Below, in pieces: positions 19,608 through 37,552 of a stretch of 64,000 nucleotides of DNA. Both the position numbers and the translations under genes were made by a program. The notes beneath the pieces were generated by a model. That model ran no database searches and was not told where the DNA came from. It saw only the letters and a program-made list of their open reading frames with translations. Numbering within the stretch: position 1 is the first letter of the stretch; each line of letters begins with the position of its first letter. The stretch comes from Escherichia phage Ec_MI-02: the sequence record OP856590.1. One strand, given 5' to 3'.

Positions 19608-20604
19608 TTCAAGTGTTATCTATCGTGCGATAGTTACTTCAAAATTTAGAACAGAAAAAATGTTGAATTTTTATAATTCAATTGGAAGTGGTCCGGATAA
19701 AAACACTATCTTTATCACATTTGGAAGATCAGAACCGTGGTCATCAAATGAAAATGAGGTGGGCTTTGCTCCACCTTATCCAACTGATTCTGTATTGGGT
19801 GTAACTGACATGTGGACTCATATGATGGGAACTGTAAAGGTTCTTCCATCTATGCTTGATGCAGTTATTCCTCGTAGAGATTGGGGAGATACTAGATATC
19901 CGGATCCATACACATTTAGAATTAACGATATTGTAGTGTGTAACTCAGCTCCTTACAATGCTACTGAATCAGGCGCAGGCTGGTTAGTATATCGTTGTTT
20001 AGATGTTCCTGATACCGGAACGTGTTCAATAGCATCTTTAACTAATAAGGATGAATGCCTTAAGTTAGGTGGAAAATGGACTCCTTCTGTTAGGTCAATG
20101 ACTCCTCCTGAAGGTCGAGGAGACGCTGAAGGAACAATCGAACCCGGCGACGGTTATGTTTGGGAATATCTTTTTGAGATTCCGCCTGATGTATCTATAA
20201 ATAGATGCACGAATGAATATATCGTAGTTCCTTGGCCTGAGGAATTAAAAGAAGACCCGGCTAGATGGGGGTATGAAGATAATCTCACTTGGCAACAAGA
20301 TGATTTTGGATTAATTTACCGTGTTAAGGCAAATACTATCCGTTTTAAAGCATATTTAGATTCAGTTTACTTTCCTGATGCTGCATTACCGGGAAATAAA
20401 GGATTTAGACAAATATCAATAATCACCAATCCTCTTGAAGCTAAAGTTCATCCAAATGACCCAAACGTTAAAGCTGAAAAGGATTATTATGATCCGGAAG
20501 ATTTAATGAGGCATTCGGGCGAAATGATTTATATGGAAAATAGGCCACCTATTATCATGGCAATGGATCAAACAGAAGAAATCAATATTCTGTTTACATT
20601 TTAA
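19600..20604 (+). CDS. 8: baseplate wedge protein gp8
   Basis: 334 aa, same length as T4 gp8; 8-nt overlap with gene 7. Confidence 0.93.
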   Translation: MNDSSVIYRAIVTSKFRTEKMLNFYNSIGSGPDKNTIFITFGRSEPWSSNENEVGFAPPYPTDSVLGVTDMWTHMMGTVKVLPSMLDAVIPRRDWGDTRYPDPYTFRINDIVVCNSAPYNATESGAGWLVYRCLDVPDTGTCSIASLTNKDECLKLGGKWTPSVRSMTPPEGRGDAEGTIEPGDGYVWEYLFEIPPDVSINRCTNEYIVVPWPEELKEDPARWGYEDNLTWQQDDFGLIYRVKANTIRFKAYLDSVYFPDAALPGNKGFRQISIITNPLEAKVHPNDPNVKAEKDYYDPEDLMRHSGEMIYMENRPPIIMAMDQTEEINILFTF

Positions 20605-20610
20605 ATTAAG

Positions 20611-20632
20611 GGAGCCCATGGGCTCCCTTTTT
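20611..20632 (+). terminator. rho-independent terminator after gene 8
   Basis: Hairpin ggagcc-catgg-gctccc followed by TTTTT. Confidence 0.7.
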
Positions 20633-20635
20633 CTT

Positions 20636-20643
20636 TATAAATA
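20636..20643 (+). promoter_or_regulatory. T4 late promoter TATAAATA for gene 9
   Basis: Exact TATAAATA 25 nt upstream of the gene 9 ATG. Confidence 0.7.
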
Positions 20644-20667
20644 CTATAAACTCATAAGGAAACCGCT

Positions 20668-21534
20668 ATGTTCATTCAAGAACCAAAGAAATTGATTGAT
20701 ACCGGCGAAATTGGTAACGCTTCTACTGGTGATATCTTATTCGACGGTGGTAATAAAATTAATAGTGATTTTAACGCAATTTATAATGCGTTTGGCGATC
20801 AACGTAAAATGGCAGTAGCAAATGGCACTGGAGCAGATGGCCAAATTATTCATGCTACTGGATATTATCAAAAACACTCTATTGCAGAGTACGCAACTCC
20901 AGTAAAAGTTGGCACTAGGCATGATATTGATACCTCTACTGTAGGTGTTAAAGTTATCATTGAAAGAGGCGAACTTGGTGACTGCGTTGAATTTATTAAC
21001 TCAAATGGATCTATATCAGTTACTAATCCTTTAACGATTCAAGCGATTGATTCAATAAAAGGTGTTTCAGGTAATTTAGTAGTAACTAGTCCATATAGTA
21101 AAGTAACTTTACGCTGTATTTCATCTGATAATTCTACGTCTGTTTGGAATTATTCTATTGAAAGTATGTTTGGACAAAAGGAATCACCAGCTGAAGGTAC
21201 ATGGAATATTTCTACATCCGGGTCAGTTGATATTCCACTATTTCATCGTACTGAATACAATATGGCTAAATTGCTAGTTACATGCCAATCGGTAGATGGA
21301 AGAAAAATTAAAACAGCAGAAATAAATATTCTTGTAGATACCGTTAATTCAAAGGTCATTTCTTCTGAATATGCTGTCATGCGGGTCGGCAATGAAACTG
21401 AAGAAGATGAAATCGCTAATATTGCATTTAGTATTAAAGAAAATTATGTAACAGCGACTGTAAGTTCTTCTACTGTTGGCATGAGAGCAGCAGTTAAAGT
21501 TATCGCTACGCAGAAAATCGGGGTGGCTCAATAA
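20668..21534 (+). CDS. 9: baseplate wedge / long tail fibre socket gp9
   Basis: 288 aa, same length as T4 gp9. Confidence 0.93.
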   Translation: MFIQEPKKLIDTGEIGNASTGDILFDGGNKINSDFNAIYNAFGDQRKMAVANGTGADGQIIHATGYYQKHSIAEYATPVKVGTRHDIDTSTVGVKVIIERGELGDCVEFINSNGSISVTNPLTIQAIDSIKGVSGNLVVTSPYSKVTLRCISSDNSTSVWNYSIESMFGQKESPAEGTWNISTSGSVDIPLFHRTEYNMAKLLVTCQSVDGRKIKTAEINILVDTVNSKVISSEYAVMRVGNETEEDEIANIAFSIKENYVTATVSSSTVGMRAAVKVIATQKIGVAQ

Positions 21535-23339
21535 TGAAACAAAATATTAATATCGGTAATGTTGTAGATGATGGTACCGGTGACTACCTGCGTAAAGGTG
21601 GTATAAAAATAAATGAAAACTTTGATGAGCTTTATTATGAACTCGGTGATGGTGATGTTCCATATTCAGCCGGTGCCTGGAAAACTTATAACGCTTCATC
21701 TGGGCAAACACTAACGGCAGAATGGGGAAAATCATACGCTATTAATACTTCGTCTGGGAGAGTAACACTACAACTTCCTAAAGGAACTGTTAATGATTAT
21801 AATAAAGTAATTAGAGCCAGGGATGTATTTGCAACATGGAACATTAATCCAGTTACACTAGTAGCTGCTTCTGGCGATACAATTAAAGGGTCGTCATCAT
21901 CGGTTGAAATTAATATTCAATTTAGTGATTTGGAGCTAGTTTATTGTGCTCCAGGACGTTGGGAATATGTCAAAAATAAGCAAATTGACAAAATTACCAG
22001 TTCAGACATTAGTAATGTAGCTCGTAAAGAATTTTTAGTTGAAGTTCAAGGACAAACTGACTTTTTAGATATTTTCCATGGAACTAGTTATAATGTCAAT
22101 AACATCAGAGTAAAACATCGTGGTAACGAATTGTATTACGGCGATGTATTTAGCGAAAACAGTGACTTTGGCTCTCCGGGCGAAAATGAAGGCGAATTAG
22201 TTCCTCTTGATGGATTTAATATTCGATTAAGACAGCCTTGTAATATTGGTGATACTGTTCAAATTGAAACATTTATGGATGGTGTATCACAATGGAGAAG
22301 TTCATATACAAGACGCCAAATAAAAGTACTAGATTCAAAACTAACATCAAAAACTTCTTTAGAAGGAAGCATTTATGTTACTGATTTATCGGCGATGAAA
22401 TCAATTCCATTCTCCGCATTTGGATTAATTCCTGGCGAACCCATTAATCCTAATTCTCTTGAGGTTCGTTTTAATGGAATTTTACAGCAGCAGGCTGGAA
22501 CAGCTGGATATCCTCTGTTTTTGTGCGAAGGCGCTAATTCAGATACGCAAGAAGGATGTATATCTCTTGGTGGCGAATGGAAAGAATCAAACACCGATTA
22601 TTCTATAGAATATGAAGACGGAAAACCTATCAGTCTTTTATTTGATAGAAAATTTGAATCCGGTGACATTATCGTTATAACATGGTTCAATAACGATTTA
22701 GGAACTCTTTTAGAAAAAGATGACATCATTGAATTGACTGATGACCGTTATGTTAGTAAAGGATCATCTACTGAAGTTACTGGTGATGTGGCCTTAACAG
22801 ATTTTGATAAAATCGGTTGGCCAAATGTTGAAAAAGTTGATTCTTATACTAGAACGTATAATTCAATATCATCTATTTTCGACAGCATTTATCCTGTTGG
22901 TTCAATTTATGAAAATGCTATAAACCCAAATAATCCGGTGACTTATATGGGATTTGGTTCATGGAAATTATTTGGTAAAGGACAAGTTTTAGTAGGATGG
23001 AATGATGATGTTACGGATCCAAACTTTGCTTTAAACAATAATGATTTAGATTCTAGCGGAAATCCTTCACATACGGCAGGTGGAACGGTTGGAACAACAT
23101 CAGTAACGCTTGAAAACGCGAATCTTCCTGCGACTAAAACTGATGAAAGGGTTTTAGTCGAAGACGAAAATGGGTCAGTTATTATTGGAGGTTGTCAATA
23201 TGACCCAGATGAAACTGGTCCTATATATACAAAATATCGTGAAGACTATGCAACAACAAACTCTTCACATACTCCTCCTGCTAATATTAGTAATATTCAA
23301 CCGTCTATTACTGTATATCGTTGGATAAGGATTGCATAA
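21534..23339 (+). CDS. 10: baseplate wedge / short tail fibre attachment gp10
   Basis: 601 aa (T4 gp10 about 602); TAATG junction with gene 9. Confidence 0.93.
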   Translation: MKQNINIGNVVDDGTGDYLRKGGIKINENFDELYYELGDGDVPYSAGAWKTYNASSGQTLTAEWGKSYAINTSSGRVTLQLPKGTVNDYNKVIRARDVFATWNINPVTLVAASGDTIKGSSSSVEINIQFSDLELVYCAPGRWEYVKNKQIDKITSSDISNVARKEFLVEVQGQTDFLDIFHGTSYNVNNIRVKHRGNELYYGDVFSENSDFGSPGENEGELVPLDGFNIRLRQPCNIGDTVQIETFMDGVSQWRSSYTRRQIKVLDSKLTSKTSLEGSIYVTDLSAMKSIPFSAFGLIPGEPINPNSLEVRFNGILQQQAGTAGYPLFLCEGANSDTQEGCISLGGEWKESNTDYSIEYEDGKPISLLFDRKFESGDIIVITWFNNDLGTLLEKDDIIELTDDRYVSKGSSTEVTGDVALTDFDKIGWPNVEKVDSYTRTYNSISSIFDSIYPVGSIYENAINPNNPVTYMGFGSWKLFGKGQVLVGWNDDVTDPNFALNNNDLDSSGNPSHTAGGTVGTTSVTLENANLPATKTDERVLVEDENGSVIIGGCQYDPDETGPIYTKYREDYATTNSSHTPPANISNIQPSITVYRWIRIA

Positions 23340-23998
23340 TGAGTTTACTTAATAATAAAGCGGGAGTCATTTCCCGCTTAGCAGATTTTCTCGGTTTTAG
23401 AACTAAGAAAAATGATATTTCGGTTATGAATAATCAACCGGTAGGCGCTGTAACAATATCACAAATAGCAAAAGGTTTTTATGACCCAAATGTCGAATCA
23501 GCTATTAATGATGTTAGAAATATGGCAGAGCAACAGGTTGGAGCTGTATTAGTTAATATAAGCGGCGTATCTCCTACTGGCGTGCAACAAACAGACTATT
23601 GGTCATTTGAAGGAACTGTTACTGATACTTCAGCCAAACCAGGTGACCCAGTTATTGTTAACATGTTTGGTATTCCAGTTAAAGCTACTAATGGAATGAC
23701 TTCAATCGAATTCACGAGTGCCGTTAGAACAGCTCTACAGGAAATGGTTGCAAAATTTATTGCAATTGATTCATTTGAAGACCATCCTACCATAGGAAAT
23801 AAAATACAAGTTAAGTATTTAGATAACCAAGAACATATCTTAGAACAATACTCTGATAAAGGAATTACTTTCAAACAAGAAATAATTTCTCCTTCTAAAC
23901 CTGGGTATGGAACTTGGCAATTATTAGGTGCGCAAACTGTTACGCTAGATAGTCACACACAACCTACAGTATTTTATTATTTTGAGAGAATAGCATGA
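23339..23998 (+). CDS. 11: baseplate wedge / short tail fibre connector gp11
   Basis: 219 aa from ATG 23339 ([20 protein letters not shown]...), matching T4 gp11; TAATG overlap with the gene 10 stop; the track start at 23321 is upstream in the same frame. Confidence 0.92.
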   Translation: MSLLNNKAGVISRLADFLGFRTKKNDISVMNNQPVGAVTISQIAKGFYDPNVESAINDVRNMAEQQVGAVLVNISGVSPTGVQQTDYWSFEGTVTDTSAKPGDPVIVNMFGIPVKATNGMTSIEFTSAVRTALQEMVAKFIAIDSFEDHPTIGNKIQVKYLDNQEHILEQYSDKGITFKQEIISPSKPGYGTWQLLGAQTVTLDSHTQPTVFYYFERIA

Positions 23999-25545
23999 GT
24001 AACAATACATATCAGCACGTATCAAATGAATCAAAATATGTTAAATTCGATCCAGTAGGATCGAATTTTCCTGACACTGTCACGACAGTGCAGTCTGCAT
24101 TATCAAAAATAAGTAATATTGGCGTAAATGGTATTCCTGATGCAACTATGGAAGTTAAAGGAATAGCAATGATTGCGTCAGAGCAAGAGGTTTTAGATGG
24201 AACTAATAATTCTAAAATCGTTACACCGGCTACATTAGCAACAAGATTATTGTATCCAAATGCTACTGAAACTAAATATGGTTTAACGCGCTATTCAACA
24301 AATGAAGAAACTTTAGAAGGCTCAGATAATAATTCGTCGATAACTCCACAAAAATTGAAATACCATACTGACGATGTATTCCAAAACAGGTATTCATCTG
24401 AATCATCAAATGGAGTTATTAAAATATCATCTACACCTGCGGCTTTGGCTGGTGTAGATGATACTACGGCAATGACTCCATTAAAAACCCAAAAACTTGC
24501 AATAAAATTAATTTCACAAATAGCTCCTTCAGAAGACACAGCATCAGAATCTGTTAGAGGTGTAGTTCAGTTATCAACTGTCGCTCAAACTCGCCAAGGA
24601 ACTCTTCGCGAAGGATATGCAATTTCCCCATATACCTTTATGAATTCTGTTGCAACACAAGAATATAAGGGTGTTATACGTTTAGGAACGCAGTCGGAAA
24701 TTAACAGTAATTTGGGAGATGTTGCAGTAACAGGCGAAACATTAAATGGTCGAGGAGCTACTGGTTCTATGCGCGGTGTAGTAAAATTAACGACGCAAGC
24801 CGGTATTGCCCCCGAGGGTGATGGCTCTGGAGCATTAGCATGGAACGCAGATGTAATTAATACACGCGGTGGACAAACTATTAATGGTTCTTTAAATTTA
24901 GACCATCTTACAGCAAATGGAATTTGGTCGCGCGGTGGTATGTGGAAAAATGGCGATCAACCTGTTGCCACTGAAAGATATGCGTCCGAAAGGGTTCCAG
25001 TTGGAACTATTATGATGTTTGCGGGTGATTCAGCACCTCCTGGTTGGATTATGTGCCACGGTGGAACAGTGTCAGGAGATCAATATCCTGATTATAGAAA
25101 CACAGTTGGAACAAGATTTGGTGGTGATTGGAATAACCCTGGCATTCCTGATATGCGAGGTCTTTTCGTCAGAGGAGCTGGCACGGGCGGTCATATTTTA
25201 AATCAACGAGGACAAGATGGCTATGGGAAGGATAGACTTGGCGTAGGATGTGACGGAATGCATGTTGGCGGTGTTCAAGCACAACAAATGTCATACCATA
25301 AACATGCTGGTGGCTGGGGAGAATACCAAAGACATGAAGCTCCATTTGGCGCGTCCGTTTATCAAGGATATCTTGGAACTAGAAAATATGCCGACTGGGA
25401 TAACGCTTCATACTTCACTAATGATGGATTTGAATTAGGTGGACCGAGAGATGCCCTTGGTACACTTAATCGTGAAGGATTAATTGGTTATGAAACTAGA
25501 CCATGGAATATATCATTAAACTATATTATTAAAATTCATTACTAA
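23995..25545 (+). CDS. 12: short tail fibre gp12
   Basis: 516 aa (T4 gp12 about 527); ATGA overlap with gene 11; position before wac. Confidence 0.9.
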   Translation: MSNNTYQHVSNESKYVKFDPVGSNFPDTVTTVQSALSKISNIGVNGIPDATMEVKGIAMIASEQEVLDGTNNSKIVTPATLATRLLYPNATETKYGLTRYSTNEETLEGSDNNSSITPQKLKYHTDDVFQNRYSSESSNGVIKISSTPAALAGVDDTTAMTPLKTQKLAIKLISQIAPSEDTASESVRGVVQLSTVAQTRQGTLREGYAISPYTFMNSVATQEYKGVIRLGTQSEINSNLGDVAVTGETLNGRGATGSMRGVVKLTTQAGIAPEGDGSGALAWNADVINTRGGQTINGSLNLDHLTANGIWSRGGMWKNGDQPVATERYASERVPVGTIMMFAGDSAPPGWIMCHGGTVSGDQYPDYRNTVGTRFGGDWNNPGIPDMRGLFVRGAGTGGHILNQRGQDGYGKDRLGVGCDGMHVGGVQAQQMSYHKHAGGWGEYQRHEAPFGASVYQGYLGTRKYADWDNASYFTNDGFELGGPRDALGTLNREGLIGYETRPWNISLNYIIKIHY

Positions 25546-25554
25546 GGATTACAA

Positions 25555-27012
25555 ATGATTGAATTAAAAGAGTTACCTTTTGTTGATAGCGTTCCTGGCG
25601 AAGGTCAGGAACGTATTTCATGGATTAAAAATGGTGAAGAAATATTAGGAGCTAGTACTAAGTATGGAAACGATGGGTCAATGAATAGACCAACTGTTTC
25701 CGTGTTTAAAAACGTCGAGGTTCTCGACGAAAATGTAGGAATTCTTAAAACTGCCATTGAAACATCTCAGGAAGATATTAAAACTATTCAAGGCATTTTA
25801 GATGTATCAGGAGATATAGAAGCGCTATCACAGATCAGCGTTAATAAAAATGACATATCAAATTTAAAAACGCTCACAAGTGAACATACTGATATATTAA
25901 ATGGTACAAATACTACGGTTGATAATATTCTTTCTGATATTGGTCCATTTAATTCGCAAGCAAATTCAGTTTATAGAACGATTAGAAATGATTTGCTGTG
26001 GATTAAAAGGGAACTAGGACAATATGCTGGACAAGATATTAATGGTCTTCCTGTTGTAGGAAATAGCAGCACGGGGATGAAGCACCGTATCATTAATAAT
26101 ACAGATGCTATAACTTCCCAAGGAATACGTCTAAGTGATTTGGAAGAAAAATTTATTGAATCTGATGTAGGTTCGCTTACAATCGAAGTAGGAAATCTTA
26201 GACAGGAATTAGGACAAAGACCGCCTTCATTTAGTGAAAGTATATATTCACGTGTGCATAATTTAGATCAATCACAAATTAATCTTAATTCCGAAATTAA
26301 ATCTATCAAAACTTCTATTGGATATCCAGGAAATACTTCAATAATCACAGATGTTAACACTAATACACGAGAAATTTCAGCTTTAACTGATGAGCTAAAT
26401 AAAAGCGGAGGTGTTAAACAGCGATTAACTGTCATTGAAACATCAATTGGCTCAGATGATATTCCTTCTAGTATTAAAGGTAAAATTAAAGATAATACAA
26501 CATCTATTGAGTTTTTAAATGGAATTGTTGGTGAAAACACTTCATCTGGACTACGAGCAAACGTTTCGTGGTTAAACCAAATTGTTGGAACTGATTCTAG
26601 CGGTGGACAACCTTCTCCTCCTGGGTCTCTTTTAAATAGAGTTTCAACAGTTGAAACTTCCGTTAATAGACTGAATAATGATGTTCAAAACTTGCAAGTT
26701 GAAATTGGTAATAACAATTCCGGAATTAAAGGACAGGTTGTAACATTAAATAAATTAGTAAATGGAACAAATCCAAATGGTTCAACTGTCGAAGAACGTG
26801 GATTAACTAATTCAATAAAAGCTAATGAAACTAACATTTCTTCTATTAATCAAGAAATGCGTAGTATTAAAAGTAATGTATCTTCATTACAGGCGGATGT
26901 TCAGACTTTACAGGAAGCAGGTTATATTCCTGAAGCTCCAAAAGATGGTCAAGCTTACGTTCGTAAAGACGGCGAATGGGTATTACTTTCTACCTTTTTA
27001 TCACCAGCATAA
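25555..27012 (+). CDS. wac: fibritin (whisker/collar protein)
   Basis: 485 aa; long heptad coiled coil; C-terminal foldon [27 protein letters not shown]. Confidence 0.95.
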   Translation: MIELKELPFVDSVPGEGQERISWIKNGEEILGASTKYGNDGSMNRPTVSVFKNVEVLDENVGILKTAIETSQEDIKTIQGILDVSGDIEALSQISVNKNDISNLKTLTSEHTDILNGTNTTVDNILSDIGPFNSQANSVYRTIRNDLLWIKRELGQYAGQDINGLPVVGNSSTGMKHRIINNTDAITSQGIRLSDLEEKFIESDVGSLTIEVGNLRQELGQRPPSFSESIYSRVHNLDQSQINLNSEIKSIKTSIGYPGNTSIITDVNTNTREISALTDELNKSGGVKQRLTVIETSIGSDDIPSSIKGKIKDNTTSIEFLNGIVGENTSSGLRANVSWLNQIVGTDSSGGQPSPPGSLLNRVSTVETSVNRLNNDVQNLQVEIGNNNSGIKGQVVTLNKLVNGTNPNGSTVEERGLTNSIKANETNISSINQEMRSIKSNVSSLQADVQTLQEAGYIPEAPKDGQAYVRKDGEWVLLSTFLSPA

Positions 27013-27015
27013 CAT

Positions 27016-27031
27016 GGGGCCGCAAGGCCCC
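27016..27031 (+). terminator. GC hairpin with GCAA tetraloop after wac
   Basis: ggggcc-gcaa-ggcccc immediately after the wac stop; no strong T-tract, so possibly an RNA stability element rather than a terminator. Confidence 0.45.
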
Positions 27032-27044
27032 AAAGGATTTTTAA

Positions 27045-28746
<1,702 letters not shown>

Positions 28747-28787
28747 TAAATACTATAAACTAATTAAAGCCCAGATTAGGAGAAATC

Positions 28788-31928
<3,141 letters not shown>

Positions 31929-31956
31929 TATTAAAGCATATTAAAGAGGATTAAAA

Positions 31957-33936
31957 ATGACTTTATTATCTCCGGGCATTGAGCTCAAAGAAACTACGGT
32001 TCAAAGCACCGTGGTTAATAACTCTACTGGTACAGCAGCTTTGGCCGGTAAATTCCAGTGGGGTCCTGCTTTTCAAATTAAACAGGTTACAAATGAAGTA
32101 GATTTAGTTAATACTTTTGGTCAACCTACAGCTGAAACTGCTGACTATTTTATGTCTGCAATGAATTTCTTACAATACGGAAATGATTTGCGAGTTGTGC
32201 GTGCTGTCGATAGAGATACCGCTAAAAACTCATCTCCGATTGCCGGTAATATTGAATACACTATTTCTACCCCAGGTAGTAACTACGCGGTTGGAGATAA
32301 AATCACGGTTAAGTATGTTTCAGAAGATGTTGAAACAGAATGTAAAGTTACCGAAGTAGATGCTGATGGAAAAATTAAGAAAATTAATATTCCTACCGCA
32401 AAAATTATCGCTAAAGCGAAAGAAGTAGGCGAATATCCAGCATTAGGTTCTAACTGGACCGCGGAAATTTCTTCGTCTTCCTCTGGTTTAGCTGCAGTAA
32501 TAACTCTTGGAAAAATTATTACTGATTCTGGTATTTTATTAGCTGAAATTGAAAATGCTGAAGCTGCTATGACAGCTGTTGACTTTCAAGCAAATCTCGA
32601 AAAATATGGAATTCCAGGAGTAGTAGCTCTTTATCCAGGCGAGTTGGGCGATAAAATCGAAATTGAAATCGTATCTAAAGCTGACTACGCAAAAGGTGCT
32701 TCTGCATTACTTCCAATTTATCCAGGTGGCGGAACACGCGCATCTACTGCCAAAGCAGTGTTTGGATATGGACCACAAACTGATTCACAATATGCTATTA
32801 TAGTTCGTCGCAATGATGCTATTGTTCAAAGCGTTGTTCTTTCAACAAAGCGTGGTGAAAAAGATATTTACGATAGTAACATCTATATTGATGACTTTTT
32901 CGCAAAAGGTGGTTCAGAATATATTTTCGCAACTGCACAAAACTGGCCAGAAGGCTTCTCTGGAATTTTAACTCTGTCTGGTGGATTATCATCAAATGCT
33001 GAAGTAACAGCAGGAGATTTGATGGAAGCTTGGGACTTCTTTGCTGACCGTGAATCTGTTGATGTTCAGTTGTTTATTGCGGGTTCTTGTGCCGGTGAAT
33101 CTTTAGAAACAGCATCTACTGTCCAAAAACACGTCGTTTCAATTGGGGATGCTCGCCAAGATTGCTTAGTACTGTGCTCACCGCCGCGCGAAACTGTAGT
33201 TGGAATTCCTGTAACTCGCGCTGTTGATAACTTAGTCAACTGGAGAACCGCAGCAGGTTCATACACTGATAATAACTTTAATATCAGTTCAACTTATGCA
33301 GCAATTGATGGTAACTACAAGTATCAGTATGACAAATATAATGATGTAAATCGTTGGGTTCCATTAGCAGCTGATATTGCTGGTTTATGCGCGAGAACCG
33401 ATAACGTTTCTCAGACTTGGATGTCTCCAGCTGGTTATAATCGCGGCCAGATTTTGAACGTTATTAAACTTGCTATTGAAACTCGCCAGGCGCAGCGCGA
33501 TCGTTTATACCAAGAAGCTATCAACCCAGTAACTGGTACAGGTGGTGATGGTTACGTATTGTATGGTGATAAAACAGCTACTTCTGTTCCTTCTCCATTT
33601 GATCGTATTAACGTTCGTCGTCTGTTTAATATGTTGAAAACGAATATCGGACGTAGTTCAAAATATCGTTTGTTCGAATTAAACAACGCGTTTACTCGTT
33701 CATCGTTCCGCACAGAAACTTCCCAGTACTTGCAGGGAATTAAAGCTCTCGGTGGAATTTATGAATATCGTGTAGTTTGCGATACAACAAATAACACTCC
33801 GTCAGTAATTGATAGAAATGAGTTTGTTGCAACATTCTACATCCAACCGGCTAGAAGCATTAACTACATTACCTTAAACTTCGTAGCAACTGCTACTGGT
33901 GCAGATTTCGATGAGTTAACTGGTCTTGCAGGTTAA
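31957..33936 (+). CDS. 18: tail sheath protein gp18
   Basis: 659 aa, same length as T4 gp18. Confidence 0.95.
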   Translation: MTLLSPGIELKETTVQSTVVNNSTGTAALAGKFQWGPAFQIKQVTNEVDLVNTFGQPTAETADYFMSAMNFLQYGNDLRVVRAVDRDTAKNSSPIAGNIEYTISTPGSNYAVGDKITVKYVSEDVETECKVTEVDADGKIKKINIPTAKIIAKAKEVGEYPALGSNWTAEISSSSSGLAAVITLGKIITDSGILLAEIENAEAAMTAVDFQANLEKYGIPGVVALYPGELGDKIEIEIVSKADYAKGASALLPIYPGGGTRASTAKAVFGYGPQTDSQYAIIVRRNDAIVQSVVLSTKRGEKDIYDSNIYIDDFFAKGGSEYIFATAQNWPEGFSGILTLSGGLSSNAEVTAGDLMEAWDFFADRESVDVQLFIAGSCAGESLETASTVQKHVVSIGDARQDCLVLCSPPRETVVGIPVTRAVDNLVNWRTAAGSYTDNNFNISSTYAAIDGNYKYQYDKYNDVNRWVPLAADIAGLCARTDNVSQTWMSPAGYNRGQILNVIKLAIETRQAQRDRLYQEAINPVTGTGGDGYVLYGDKTATSVPSPFDRINVRRLFNMLKTNIGRSSKYRLFELNNAFTRSSFRTETSQYLQGIKALGGIYEYRVVCDTTNNTPSVIDRNEFVATFYIQPARSINYITLNFVATATGADFDELTGLAG

Positions 33937-33952
33937 TACGGTGCATTCTAAA

Positions 33953-33970
33953 GGCCTGTTTCGGCAGGCC
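33953..33970 (+). other. RNA hairpin after gene 18
   Basis: ggcctg-tttcgg-caggcc inverted repeat directly upstream of a late promoter. Confidence 0.4.
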
Positions 33971-33971
33971 A

Positions 33972-33979
33972 TATAAATA
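33972..33979 (+). promoter_or_regulatory. T4 late promoter TATAAATA (distal, gene 19)
   Basis: Exact TATAAATA. Confidence 0.6.
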
Positions 33980-34030
33980 CACTATATCCTTAATTCTTTA
34001 ATTCTATATGCCCTAGGTTAAACATAGGGA

Positions 34031-34038
34031 TATAAATA
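34031..34038 (+). promoter_or_regulatory. T4 late promoter TATAAATA (proximal, gene 19)
   Basis: Exact TATAAATA 14 nt upstream of the gene 19 ATG. Confidence 0.6.
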
Positions 34039-34052
34039 CTACAGAGGCTAAT

Positions 34053-34544
34053 ATGTTTGTAGATGATGTAACACGAGCGTTTGAATCTGGTGATTTTGCT
34101 CGACCTAACTTATTCCAAGTAGAAATTTCTTATCTTGGACAAAATTTTACGTTTCAATGCAAAGCCACTGCTTTACCAGCTGGTATTGTAGAAAAAATTC
34201 CAGTCGGTTTTATGAACCGTAAAATTAACGTAGCAGGCGATCGTACATTCGATGACTGGACTGTTACAGTAATGAACGATGAGGCACATGATGCTCGCCA
34301 GAAGTTTGTTGATTGGCAAAGCATTGCTGCTGGGCAAGGGAACGAAATTACTGGTGGAAAACCAGCAGAGTATAAAAAGAGCGCTGTTGTTCGCCAATAC
34401 GCTCGTGATGCTAAAACTGTAACAAAAGAAGTCGAAATTAAAGGCCTGTGGCCTACTAACGTGGGTGAACTTCAATTAGATTGGGATTCAAACAATGAAA
34501 TCCAAACCTTTGAAGTAACTCTTGCTCTCGATTATTGGGAATAA
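34053..34544 (+). CDS. 19: tail tube protein gp19
   Basis: 163 aa, same length as T4 gp19. Confidence 0.95.
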   Translation: MFVDDVTRAFESGDFARPNLFQVEISYLGQNFTFQCKATALPAGIVEKIPVGFMNRKINVAGDRTFDDWTVTVMNDEAHDARQKFVDWQSIAAGQGNEITGGKPAEYKKSAVVRQYARDAKTVTKEVEIKGLWPTNVGELQLDWDSNNEIQTFEVTLALDYWE

Positions 34545-34576
34545 AATGAATGGGGAGAAATCCCCATCCTGCTTAA

Positions 34577-36201
<1,625 letters not shown>

Positions 36202-36202
<1 letters not shown>

Positions 36203-36459
36203 TGGAAGGTTTAATTGAAGCTATTAAATCAAACGACCTCGTAGCCGCTCGTAAATTCTTTGCTGAAGCCATGGCTGCAAGAACGATTGATTTAATTAAA
36301 GAAGAAAAAATCGCTATCGCTCGCAATTTCTTAATCGAAGGTGAAGAACCTGATGATGAGGATGATGACGAAGACGAGGATGATGAAGATAGCGATGATA
36401 AAGACGACAAAAAAGACAAAGACTCTGACGAAGATGACGAAGACGAGGATGATGAATAA
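36202..36459 (+). CDS. 67: prohead core protein gp67
   Basis: 85 aa with strongly acidic D/E-rich C-terminus; TAATG junction with gene 20. Confidence 0.9.
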
Positions 36460-36884
36460 TGCTTCTGATCCCTGAAACTCATGAATTAGTTCTCGAGAAT
36501 GTCGAAGCACTTATTCCTGAAGCACAGGGTCGCTTTGACGAATTGTCTTCTGCTTTAAATAAAGACGATATAAATACAATTGTCGAGAATATGCTTGATG
36601 ATGAAACTGATTTAGCGATTGCATTAGCTTCTATTAATGAAGATATGCCGCTAAATGAATTCATCGTTAAACATGTTTCTGCTCGTGGTGAAATTACACG
36701 TACCAAAGACCGCAAAACGCGTGAACGTAATGCATTTCAAACCACCGGGCTGTCTAAAGCAAAACGTAGACAAATTGCTCGCAAAGCTACCAAAACGAAG
36801 ATTGCCAACCCAGCAGGTCAATCTCGTGCTCAGCGTAAGCGTAAAAAAGCTCTTAAACGCCGTAAAGCATTAGGATTAAGCTAA
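36459..36884 (+). CDS. 68: prohead core protein gp68
   Basis: 141 aa; basic C-terminus; TAATG junctions on both sides. Confidence 0.9.
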   Translation: MLLIPETHELVLENVEALIPEAQGRFDELSSALNKDDINTIVENMLDDETDLAIALASINEDMPLNEFIVKHVSARGEITRTKDRKTRERNAFQTTGLSKAKRRQIARKATKTKIANPAGQSRAQRKRKKALKRRKALGLS

Positions 36885-37522
36885 TGAATGAACCCCAATT
36901 ACTAATTGAAACTTGGGGTCAACCTGGCGAAATTATTGATGGTGTGCCAATGCTTGAATCTCATGATGGAAAAGACCTAGGTTTAAAACCTGGTTTATAC
37001 ATCGAAGGAATATTCATGCAAGCGGAAGTCGTCAATAGAAATAAACGTCTTTATCCAAAACGCATATTAGAAAAAGCGGTAAAAGACTATATCAATGAGC
37101 AAGTTTTAACTAAACAAGCTCTCGGAGAATTAAATCATCCTCCACGCGCTAATGTTGACCCGATGCAAGCCGCTATCATTATAGAAGATATGTGGTGGAA
37201 AGGAAATGACGTATACGGACGAGCTCGTGTTATTGAAGGTGACCATGGTCCTGGAGATAAATTAGCAGCTAATATTCGTGCCGGATGGATTCCAGGAGTT
37301 TCTTCTCGTGGATTAGGTTCATTGACTGACACAAATAAAGGTTATCGTATCGTAAACGAAGGATTCAAATTAACTGTAGGTGTTGATGCAGTATGGGGTC
37401 CAAGTGCTCCAGATGCATGGGTAACTCCTAAGGAAATTACCGAATCACAGACGGCGGAAGCCGATACAAGTGCCGATGACGCCTATATGGCTCTCGCAGA
37501 GGCCATGAAAAAAGCGTTATAA
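36884..37522 (+). CDS. 21: prohead core scaffold / protease gp21
   Basis: 212 aa, same length as T4 gp21. Confidence 0.93.
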   Translation: MNEPQLLIETWGQPGEIIDGVPMLESHDGKDLGLKPGLYIEGIFMQAEVVNRNKRLYPKRILEKAVKDYINEQVLTKQALGELNHPPRANVDPMQAAIIIEDMWWKGNDVYGRARVIEGDHGPGDKLAANIRAGWIPGVSSRGLGSLTDTNKGYRIVNEGFKLTVGVDAVWGPSAPDAWVTPKEITESQTAEADTSADDAYMALAEAMKKAL

Positions 37523-37525
37523 ATA
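37518..37525 (+). promoter_or_regulatory. T4 late promoter TATAAATA for gene 22
   Basis: Exact TATAAATA overlapping the gene 21 stop. Confidence 0.65.
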
Positions 37526-37552
37526 TTATTATCTAAACAACAGGACTACAAA